A DNA stretch of 64,000 nt, from NCBI GenBank assembly GCA_037481815.1, contig JBBFKX010000001.1:96001-160000 (forward strand), in the 5' to 3' direction. The position numbers and the translations under genes are program-made. Below are positions 1 to 7,956 of the stretch, piece by piece. Numbering within the stretch: position 1 is the first letter of the stretch; each line of letters starts with the position of its first letter. The notes beneath the pieces were generated by a model that saw only the letters and a list, made by a program, of their open reading frames with translations, ran no database searches and was not told the origin of the DNA. Origin of the DNA: a candidate division WOR-3 bacterium (GTDB lineage: Bacteria; Hydrothermota; 32-111).

Positions 1-1029
1 GGGTTAACTCAAGGTGAAAATCAAAATATTGTTTTATTAAGTAAAAGAATAAAAGAGATTGCTGAAGGTAAAATCAATATGTTTGAACTTCTTACTAATC
101 TCTTTTATTCTCTTAGATTTCCAAATGATAATGAGATTAAAAATGTTTTACAAACAATGAACTTTTATGAAGAATTAAAACAGTATTCAAAATTTATTTT
201 AGGGAAAATCGAAGAACACAATTCAAAAGTATCTGTAAATTTTCGTAGTTCACAAATTACTATTGAACACATTATGCCTCAGAAATTAAATAACATTTGG
301 GAGCAGGAGTTAGGAGATAATTTTGAAGAAATTCATAAAAAATATTTGCACAATATAGGTAATCTTATTTTAACCGAATTTAATTTTGAATTGGGTAACA
401 AATCTTTTAATGAAAAGAAAAATAAACTAAAAAATTCTAATCTTTTTTATAGAAATTTTATTATTAATAAGAATAAATGGAATGAAACAAGTATTATTGA
501 ACATCAATCAAAAATGATTAACTGCTTCTTGGAAACCTTTCCTGTACCTGAAGAATATAAAGAAAAAAATAATTGGAATTCACAAATAAATTACAAAACA
601 AAATTTAGTCCTTTAGAAGATAATGTTGATGATTTTGTTCAAAGAAATAAACCCATCGAACTTACAATTTTTGATGAAACAATTAAAGTCAGTACTTGGC
701 AAGATGTATTTGTTAAGTTTTTGAAGTATATTTCAGATAATCCTAAATTTGATTTCAACTTTATTATTGATAATCAATTCGAATTATTTAGACGTGAAGA
801 TGTTATCTTAAAGTGGAATTCTTTAAAAGAAATATTGAATTCTAACCCTGAATTGTCCAATCGGTATAAAAATTTTAATGGTGAGACCTTTGAAAAAGTG
901 AAAGAGTTAAATGATGATATGATTTTTATACATATTAATATTTCTGCATCTAATTGTATTTCAAGAATTTCTAATGTTATGAATAAATTGTATATAGATA
1001 AAAATTCAGTAATGATAAAATTAAAATAA
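1..1029 (+). CDS. DUF262/DUF1524 (GmrSD-like) HNH nuclease, C-terminal part; 5'-truncated by window edge
   Basis: Frame is open from base 1 through the ATG at 79. Motifs TIEHIMPQ and LHNIGNLILT..N..LGNKSF.EKK are typical of the DUF1524 HNH domain. An extra C-terminal domain follows. Confidence 0.8.
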   Translation, partial: GLTQGENQNIVLLSKRIKEIAEGKINMFELLTNLFYSLRFPNDNEIKNVLQTMNFYEELKQYSKFILGKIEEHNSKVSVNFRSSQITIEHIMPQKLNNIWEQELGDNFEEIHKKYLHNIGNLILTEFNFELGNKSFNEKKNKLKNSNLFYRNFIINKNKWNETSIIEHQSKMINCFLETFPVPEEYKEKNNWNSQINYKTKFSPLEDNVDDFVQRNKPIELTIFDETIKVSTWQDVFVKFLKYISDNPKFDFNFIIDNQFELFRREDVILKWNSLKEILNSNPELSNRYKNFNGETFEKVKELNDDMIFIHINISASNCISRISNVMNKLYIDKNSVMIKLK

Positions 1030-1047
1030 AATTTTACATATATTTAT

Positions 1048-1081
1048 CCTCTTCGGGGACGGTTTCCTCTTTGGGGACGGT
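1048..1081 (+). repeat. Short tandem direct repeat CCTCTTYGGGGACGGT x2
   Basis: cctcttcggggacggt tt cctctttggggacggt read directly. Confidence 0.75.
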
Positions 1082-1102
1082 GCTTGACTTTTTGACATTT
1101 TT
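1073..1102 (+). repeat. 30-bp dispersed element GGGGACGGTGCTTGACTTTTTGACATTTTT, copy 1
   Basis: Exact reverse complement at 40510..40539. Confidence 0.9.
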
Positions 1103-1110
1103 ACAAACCT

Positions 1111-1407
1111 GTAGGCGCAGGCTTTAGCCTGCGAAATTTGGCGCAATCTAAAGATTGCGGCTACCAGAATAAAAACATAAAACACATAACGCAACCTAAG
1201 GGTTGTGGCTACCAGAATAAAATATATAAAACACATAACGCACCCTAAAGATTGCGGCTGCCAAAACAATAAAAAACAAAAAACCATGGTAGCCTCAGGC
1301 TTTAGCCTGAGAGAAAAAACATAAAACATATAGCGCACCCTAAAGGGTGCGGCTACCACAATCAATAAAACATAAAACATATAACGCACCCTGAAGGGTG
1401 CGGCTAC
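1111..1407. repeat. Cluster of seven 23-bp GTAG-type REP-like palindromes (BIME/REPIN-like)
   Basis: GTAG + 7-8 bp stem + mostly TTTA loop. Plus strand at 1111-1133 and 1289-1311; minus strand at 1142-1164, 1190-1212, 1239-1261, 1334-1356, 1385-1407. Related A-rich linkers. Confidence 0.85.
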
Positions 1408-1459
1408 AAGGCGAGGGATTTTCAAAATTTTTGCGTCAAAAATGTCAAAAGGAGAAAAA

Positions 1460-1915
1460 ATGAAAGAAAAAATTTTATACATCGTTCTTGCGGTCTCAGT
1501 TGGAATAAATATTGGACTTTTAGGTGTTTATATTTTTTTATTGGTTAACAAACCAAACTTTAATGATTTCCATTTTAATGACAGAGATTTTAAAGATCGT
1601 TTCCCGGGTTTTGAAAATTTAAGAACTGTTATGGATGATGTGAGGGAGTTGAATCAACCGTATTTTGAAAAACTTGATGATACAAAAGAGCAGATAATTG
1701 AGATTATCAAAAAGGATAAACCAGACACATCTTTACTTGATTCATTTTTAAGAGAGCAATCAAAAACGAGGTATATGATAGATAAAAATTTAGTTTATAC
1801 GATTATTAAGGTTAAAGAAAATTTAAGCGAAGAGGAAAAAGAGTTTTTGCAAGAATTTTTTGAAAACAGAGGAATGCCGAAAAGAATTATTATGAAAAGA
1901 AGGATAATCAAATAA
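1460..1915 (+). CDS. Membrane-anchored periplasmic Spy/CpxP/ZraP-like helical protein
   Basis: AAGGAG SD before ATG 1460. N-terminal TM (VLAVSVGINIGLLG), helical body ending LSEEEK. Context next to an ECF sigma/anti-sigma pair. Confidence 0.65.
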   Translation: MKEKILYIVLAVSVGINIGLLGVYIFLLVNKPNFNDFHFNDRDFKDRFPGFENLRTVMDDVRELNQPYFEKLDDTKEQIIEIIKKDKPDTSLLDSFLREQSKTRYMIDKNLVYTIIKVKENLSEEEKEFLQEFFENRGMPKRIIMKRRIIK

Positions 1916-1927
1916 AAAGGAGGAAAA

Positions 1928-2461
1928 ATGAAAAAACTTCTAACAGTTTCACTTGTTGCACTTTTTATTGCTGTGCTTTTCATCCCATCGTATTCACAGG
2001 GGATGAAGATTAAAGACAAAGATTTTCAGATTGTAAAGCAGAAAGAGGTGAAAATTTTTGCTGATGATTTTGATTTTTTGAATCTAACAGATGATCAGAA
2101 GGATAAGATTGATGATCTCAGGGCAGAACAGCACAAGAATTTGCTTGAACTAAGATATAAACTCGCTATGAAAAATTTTGAGTTGAACGAACTTATGAGG
2201 AAAAGCCCTGACGAGAAAAAAGCGTTGAAAATCGTTGAAGAAATAGGTAAAATTAAACTTGATATAGAAAAATCAAGAATAACGAACCACTTTAAAATTC
2301 GCTCAATTTTAACTGATGATCAGAAAAAATTGTTTGATAAACATTTTGGTATGGGAATGGGCAGGGGTTTTGGAATGAACAAAATGTTTAATTTTAAAAT
2401 AAACAAAGGAATGGGTTTTAACGGAGATTGTCCTTTTTTAGATGAGGATGAGGAAGATTAA
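1928..2461 (+). CDS. Spy/CpxP family periplasmic chaperone (LTxxQ motifs)
   Basis: Signal peptide; LNLTDDQK and ILTDDQK motifs; Gly/Met-rich tail; AGGAGG SD. Confidence 0.85.
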   Translation: MKKLLTVSLVALFIAVLFIPSYSQGMKIKDKDFQIVKQKEVKIFADDFDFLNLTDDQKDKIDDLRAEQHKNLLELRYKLAMKNFELNELMRKSPDEKKALKIVEEIGKIKLDIEKSRITNHFKIRSILTDDQKKLFDKHFGMGMGRGFGMNKMFNFKINKGMGFNGDCPFLDEDEED

Positions 2462-2473
2462 AAACTAAAATAG

Positions 2474-2507
2474 ATGTGGGGATTTTTAAAATCCCCACAT
2501 ATTTTTT
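2474..2507 (+). terminator. Rho-independent terminator-like hairpin
   Basis: ATGTGGGGATTT/AAATCCCCACAT inverted repeat followed by ATTTTTT. Confidence 0.75.
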
Positions 2508-3059
2508 ATGGAAAAAGTAAATTTATCAGACGAACAGTTGATTGACCAGTTCCTGAAAGGGGATGAGAGTTCTTTTAAGATTCTTTTTGAAAGATATTCA
2601 CAGAAGGTTTTTATGTTAGTTTTTTCATACACAAAAGATTATGAGGATTCAAAGGATATAACACAGGAAATATTTTTGAAAGTTTATACGAGTTTAAAAG
2701 ATTTTAAGAGAAAATCAAAATTCTCGACATGGATCTACAGAATCAGTGTGAATCATGCGATATCTTTTTTAAGAAAAAACAAGAAAGAAAAAAATCTTAT
2801 TTCTTTTGATCAAATAAATGAAACTGAAATTGAAAATTATGAGGAAGAAAAAATTGAATATGATAAAAAACTTGCTGAAAGGTTGCTTTTTGAATTACCT
2901 GAAAATCAGAGGATAGCATTTATCCTTTCACAGAAGGAAGGGAAAAAATACAAGGAGATCGCTGAAATTCTGAATGTTTCGGAAAAGGCAGTCGAATCGC
3001 TTGTTTACAGGGCAAGAGAAAATCTTAGAGAAAAACTTGAAAAAGAAAATAAGATGTGA
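2508..3059 (+). CDS. ECF RNA polymerase sigma factor (RpoE-like)
   Basis: Region 2 DITQEIFLKVY..FSTWIYRISVN; region 4 YKEIAEILNVSEKAVESLVYRAR. Confidence 0.95.
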   Translation: MEKVNLSDEQLIDQFLKGDESSFKILFERYSQKVFMLVFSYTKDYEDSKDITQEIFLKVYTSLKDFKRKSKFSTWIYRISVNHAISFLRKNKKEKNLISFDQINETEIENYEEEKIEYDKKLAERLLFELPENQRIAFILSQKEGKKYKEIAEILNVSEKAVESLVYRARENLREKLEKENKM

Positions 3060-3066
3060 GGTTTTT

Positions 3067-3507
3067 ATGAAACATCCTGATAAAATTTTGATTTCGAAAT
3101 TTATCGATAATGAAATAGTTGATCAAAAAAAGGTTGAAGAGATAAAAAAACATTTAAGTTCTTGTGAGATTTGCAGAAAGATTTATGAACAATATTTAAA
3201 GGTTAACAAACTTGTTGACATGGTTGATTTAGAAGTTTCCCCAGATCTTTATGGAGAATTTTTTCAAAAAAGGATTAACGCTCTTTCAAATCAAAGAAAT
3301 TCGTTGAAAATTTCATTATCTTTTGCACTTGTTCTTATTTTGGTGTTTATTATGAGTTTTTCTATAACTCTTTTAACTGGCAGAAAGAGTATTGAAAAAA
3401 AATATCAGGTTGCTGAAAAAAAGTCAATTGTTGAACAGTCATTTTCAAGTTTTCTTTCAGAGGACTATTCTAACATCTCAAAAAGTGTTAACTATATAAC
3501 CAAATAA
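3067..3507 (+). CDS. Zinc-binding (zf-HC2/ZAS) anti-sigma factor with TM helix
   Basis: HLSSCEIC (HxxxCxxC) motif; one TM; directly after the sigma; GAGG SD before ATG 3067. Confidence 0.85.
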   Translation: MKHPDKILISKFIDNEIVDQKKVEEIKKHLSSCEICRKIYEQYLKVNKLVDMVDLEVSPDLYGEFFQKRINALSNQRNSLKISLSFALVLILVFIMSFSITLLTGRKSIEKKYQVAEKKSIVEQSFSSFLSEDYSNISKSVNYITK

Positions 3508-3550
3508 TTTTAACCTATCCCTCCCTAAATACACTCTCAATTACTCTCCC

Positions 3551-3579
3551 AACCGGGGCAACAACCCCGGTTTAATTTT
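3551..3579 (+). terminator. Rho-independent terminator
   Basis: AACCGGGG-CAACAA-CCCCGGTT then TAATTTT. Confidence 0.75.
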
Positions 3580-3626
3580 GTTGATTTTTCTTCTAAAAAG
3601 TTTTATCATTTTTCCTTGGAGGTGTT

Positions 3627-6600
3627 ATGAAAAAATTTTTGTTTTTTCTTATATTTACTGTTTCAACTATCATTTTCTCTGAGCAAATTGTTGTTTATAT
3701 CAACGATGAAGGTGATTTCAATGAAATTGTAAAAATATATAACTCTCAATATTTTTACCATATCGAAGAATCATATCCCGTTATTCCATCATACAAAATT
3801 TTTATTCAATTTGATAATGACATATTGATAGATAGTTCCTATTTTTTGGTTGAAAGTATAGATACTTTAAAAGATTTTGCTTTGATCGCAGGTGAAAATC
3901 CGTTACCGAAAATTTTTTCTCCATTAAAAAGATCTTCTCTTAAACTTGTTAAGGGAGTTTTCCCTGAAGAAACTCATAGAATTTTCAAATCAAAAGCAAA
4001 TGATAAAATTTTTGTTTCAGGTTATGTAAACAATTTTTATTATGAAAATGGAAAGATTTTCAAAAGAAAAGGGAAACTTGTTATAGTTTATAAAAATCTT
4101 ACTTCCCCAGAAATTAATACCAAAAGTAAAAATGAATTTTTGATAATCACTTCTGACAGTTTGAAGTCATACTGGACTGACTATGTGAATTTAAAAAAAG
4201 ATTATACAGTTAACATAGTTGGTGTTTCCGAAATCTTTTCTTTGTATCCAGCAAAAACGAAAAGTCAGGCGATCAGAGAGTATATAAAAATTTTATATGA
4301 AACTGGAAAACTTGCTGGAGTTTTACTCGGAGGAGATGTTGATGTGATTCCACCTTTTTATGTTCAACTCGTTATAACGCCACAACTTTCTACTTCAGAT
4401 CAAACGATACCAACAGATAAATTTTTCTCATGTCTTGATGGTTATCCAAATTTTCTTAACGATACACTCTTTGATGATGCCGATTCGATTGACTTAGCAC
4501 CAGATATTCTTATCGGAAGAGTTCCTGTGAAAACAGGAGGTGATATTACAAATTTCATCCAGAAGGTTATAAAGTTTGAAAACCTCATTAACGATACGAT
4601 CCTTTTTGCTGCATCGTTTCTTGATCCCAATACTGATGGAAGTCAGAATATTGAAAATATGATAAAGAACATTCCCATCAAAAATCCCACAATCAAACTT
4701 TATGAAAGTTCAAACAATCTTTCCTCTTTTTCGTTCATCGAAAACATCAACAAAAGTCCATTTTTGATTTCACATGATGGACATGGTAATTATTCTGTGA
4801 TTCAAACTGGAATCGATTACACAACAAAAAGTAATTTTGATACTTTGAAAAATACAAACCCTGTTTTGATGTACTCCTTATCATGTCTTTCTGCTGCCTA
4901 TGATTATGATTGTGTTGCAGAGCATTTTATACTCTCTCCAAATGGTGGTGGCTTTTATATAGGTAATTCGAGATATGGATGGTATACTCCATATTTTGCG
5001 GGATTCGGAACAGGTGATATTTTAAACTATAACTTTTTCAAAATCATTTTGAACAATTACGACAATCCTTCTTTATCTTTAAATGAAACATTTTTGAATT
5101 TTATCGAAGAGATCAGATTGAAAAATGATTGGAGATGGCAGTTTTACACTTTGAACTATTTTGGGGATCCTTTGCTTAACCTGAAAACAAACAAAAAGAA
5201 GAGCACGGTTCAACTTGTAAAACCTGTTTATAAAAATGGTAATTTAAATCTTTCAGTTCAGACCAAAGATAGTTGTTTTGTGTCGATAGTTGGAAAAACT
5301 TTTTCGATTGATACTTTCGTTTATAAAGAGAAAAATATTTTATCTATAAAACTTGATAATTCCGACTCAATATTTTTATATGTAAAAAATAATGATGAAA
5401 CTGTTCTTGATACGACGATAATTTTAGATGATTTCTATTCAAAATCTATTTTTCTGAAAGATTACACTTTTCAAAAGATGAACGATACTTTTCTTTTAAA
5501 TCTTTATTTAACAGGTGATTCAACCGGTATTTTTTATATTAAAACTTTTTCCAATATTGATACTCTAAATTTCATAGATGATGATACAAATTTTGCTTTT
5601 CCTAATGATACGATTATCACTTTCAGATTTACAACAAAAAATGAACTAAAAAATTCAAGTTTGATAGGAGTAGTGCTTGAAGATGATACTTTGTATGTCG
5701 GGTATGGAAGGAATATTTCTGAAAACCTGAAAGTAAAATTCATACCTGAAAAACAACATTATATTTCTGGTGAAATCGTAAAATATAATGTTTATGTGAA
5801 CAGTTTTACAGGTGAAACACTGGGTTTAAATTTTAAAGGAAAGAACTTTCAGATATTGAAAGGTAAAAATATTTTTTCTGATAGTTTTACACTTGTTAAC
5901 ACTCAGCAGATTGAAACATTGAAACTTGATTTTACTTCTGCCCTTGAAACAAAAGTTTTAACATACAAACTTAACATCAACGATAACAATTCATACGAAA
6001 GTTTTGAAAATTCTCCTTCGATCAGGGTTGATTCTTCAACAGCGTTTTTCCATATAACGAACAGAAGAAACAACTTTGGTTTATATTCAATCTTTTCAGG
6101 ATACGAAACAGTTGAAACATATCCAGCAAACTATATAACAACATTTTATACTGATTCGTTTGTTTTTGATTCAAACTATATTTTTGGTTTCTCAGCGTTC
6201 GTTGATATAGAACCGGGAATGGATTACCTGGTTGTAAAACTTGTATCAGATTCTTTTGAGATGCCTTTGATAACTCTTTCACAGAGAACAGATGATTTTA
6301 AAAATTATATTTTCAACGCTTCCGACTTCAAAAATTTACACAACCAAAAAACGATTATTCAATTTTCTTTCTATTCTGAAAATGATCCTGTTCAATATAA
6401 AGGTGTTTATATCGATGATGTAACGCTTCCGGGTGAAAAAATAGATTTCTCTGGAGAAAAGTTTGTAAAAACTCCCGTTAGCAAAGATCTGTCGATTTCT
6501 TGTAGGATGGGATCACTTTTCATCGAGGGTGATTTTGATAAGATCAATCTTAAAGTTTATGATATCACCGGGAAAATCGTGTTTAGTAAAGAAATAAAGA

Positions 6601-6704
6601 AAGGTATCAAAACTTTAAAATTTGATAAACCTTCAGGGATATATTTTGTTAGAGTTGAAAACAAAGATAATGTCTCAACGAAAAAGATTATTCTGATAAA
6701 ATGA
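3627..6704 (+). CDS. Gingipain-like cysteine peptidase (family C25) with T9SS-type C-terminal sorting domain
   Basis: VLLGGDVDVIP, IGRVPV, catalytic HDGHG and SLSC, YFGDP. C-terminus VYDITGK...SGIYFVRV...TKKIILIK. Signal peptide. Confidence 0.9.
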   Translation: MKKFLFFLIFTVSTIIFSEQIVVYINDEGDFNEIVKIYNSQYFYHIEESYPVIPSYKIFIQFDNDILIDSSYFLVESIDTLKDFALIAGENPLPKIFSPLKRSSLKLVKGVFPEETHRIFKSKANDKIFVSGYVNNFYYENGKIFKRKGKLVIVYKNLTSPEINTKSKNEFLIITSDSLKSYWTDYVNLKKDYTVNIVGVSEIFSLYPAKTKSQAIREYIKILYETGKLAGVLLGGDVDVIPPFYVQLVITPQLSTSDQTIPTDKFFSCLDGYPNFLNDTLFDDADSIDLAPDILIGRVPVKTGGDITNFIQKVIKFENLINDTILFAASFLDPNTDGSQNIENMIKNIPIKNPTIKLYESSNNLSSFSFIENINKSPFLISHDGHGNYSVIQTGIDYTTKSNFDTLKNTNPVLMYSLSCLSAAYDYDCVAEHFILSPNGGGFYIGNSRYGWYTPYFAGFGTGDILNYNFFKIILNNYDNPSLSLNETFLNFIEEIRLKNDWRWQFYTLNYFGDPLLNLKTNKKKSTVQLVKPVYKNGNLNLSVQTKDSCFVSIVGKTFSIDTFVYKEKNILSIKLDNSDSIFLYVKNNDETVLDTTIILDDFYSKSIFLKDYTFQKMNDTFLLNLYLTGDSTGIFYIKTFSNIDTLNFIDDDTNFAFPNDTIITFRFTTKNELKNSSLIGVVLEDDTLYVGYGRNISENLKVKFIPEKQHYISGEIVKYNVYVNSFTGETLGLNFKGKNFQILKGKNIFSDSFTLVNTQQIETLKLDFTSALETKVLTYKLNINDNNSYESFENSPSIRVDSSTAFFHITNRRNNFGLYSIFSGYETVETYPANYITTFYTDSFVFDSNYIFGFSAFVDIEPGMDYLVVKLVSDSFEMPLITLSQRTDDFKNYIFNASDFKNLHNQKTIIQFSFYSENDPVQYKGVYIDDVTLPGEKIDFSGEKFVKTPVSKDLSISCRMGSLFIEGDFDKINLKVYDITGKIVFSKEIKKGIKTLKFDKPSGIYFVRVENKDNVSTKKIILIK

Positions 6705-6707
6705 TGA

Positions 6708-7913
6708 TTATAGTTTTCTTAATTTCAAAGAGAGAAATAAAGATACGAAAGAAACTATAAATGAAAGAAGAAAAGCGAAGTTAAAAGAGATCTTATCTAT
6801 AATTATTCCATTTATTACAGGGAAAAGGTAAATTGGAGATAGAAGGGTGTTGTAAAAACCAATATAAGTTGACCTTTTTTCAGAAGGTGAGATTGTCAAA
6901 AGCAAAGATGGGCTTGCGACCTGGATCCCTGAATAAAAGACTCCGTTGATGAAAAATAGTATAAAGATCAAAAAGTGGTGTTGGAATGAGAAGTATGCAA
7001 GGATTGGTATTATCATACCAGTTATTGAACTTATTATGAAAAGATGTTTTAAAGATTTTTTCTTCTGTATATAGTCCCACAAAAAGTTTGATATCAAAAG
7101 TCCACCCATTCTTAATGAAATCAAAATCCCCGAGAGTTCAACTCTCAAATTTAAAACTTTTATAACATAAATCATAAAGAAAGGTTCAAGTGCAAGAGAA
7201 ATACCAGCGAGTGTTCGGAGAGAAAAAAGAGTTGTAAATCTTTTATCTTTTAAAATTGTTAGAAATCCGGTTTTCAAAAATTTCAAAAAGTTTTTCTCTC
7301 GTTCCTTTTCAGGTTCTTCTGGTTCATAAACAAGACAGAATGAATAAAGCCCGATTCCAACAACTATTGAAGCGATTAAAAAAAGTATCGAAAAGTTTAC
7401 AGGGTAGTTGTATTTTGCGAGAACAAATTTTACGAGGAAACCACCGAGTATTGAAAGAAAACCACCGATAGCGATTCTTAGTCCCCAGAAAAGATGCTGC
7501 TTGTTGGGACTTATCGTTTTTGCGACTATATCCATAAACGGAAGCCCTGCGATTCCTCCTGATGTGTGGTAAATAAACATAGAGAGTAAAAATAATGGTA
7601 GAACATTTTTCGGATTTATGAAAATCAAAATTGACATAAGAAGGATTGAAAAGAATCTGATATAAGCCGTGATATCGTAAACAAATTTTTTTCTTTTTTT
7701 ACCTTCAAGGAAAAATGCCGTGAAAAGTTGTGGCATAGGCCATAAAAAATTATATAAAGATGATCCGAATCCAATTACAATCGAGGATTTTGTGAGATGA
7801 CTCAAATATAATGGAAGGACTGTTGAAGAACCTGTTATCGTATCAACAAGGTTCATGAGAATGCCGTTGATCACACCTAAAGGAAAATTCTTTTTATACT
7901 TTTTCTCTTCCAT
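6708..7913 (-). CDS. MFS transporter
   Basis: About 12 hydrophobic segments; MFS-like PSEKRSTYIG motif. Confidence 0.85.
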   Translation of the reverse strand: MEEKKYKKNFPLGVINGILMNLVDTITGSSTVLPLYLSHLTKSSIVIGFGSSLYNFLWPMPQLFTAFFLEGKKRKKFVYDITAYIRFFSILLMSILIFINPKNVLPLFLLSMFIYHTSGGIAGLPFMDIVAKTISPNKQHLFWGLRIAIGGFLSILGGFLVKFVLAKYNYPVNFSILFLIASIVVGIGLYSFCLVYEPEEPEKEREKNFLKFLKTGFLTILKDKRFTTLFSLRTLAGISLALEPFFMIYVIKVLNLRVELSGILISLRMGGLLISNFLWDYIQKKKSLKHLFIISSITGMIIPILAYFSFQHHFLIFILFFINGVFYSGIQVASPSLLLTISPSEKRSTYIGFYNTLLSPIYLFPVINGIIIDKISFNFAFLLSFIVSFVSLFLSLKLRKL

Positions 7914-7956
7914 AGTTTTTATATGTTAATTAAATCAATTTTAAAGTCAACAAAAT

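Noticed and set aside
1111..1407. CRISPR array
   Set aside because: Spacers resemble each other, units occur in both orientations, repeats vary in the stem, and no cas genes are in the window.
1021..1482. 153-aa minus-strand ORF
   Set aside because: Its repetitive translation (VAAPFRVRYMFYV) is just the REP array read through; it overlaps the next gene's start.
1928..1954. Identical N-terminus MKKLLTVSL in the Spy-like protein and the repeat protein (43748)
   Set aside because: Low-complexity signal-peptide start with differing codons; probably coincidence.
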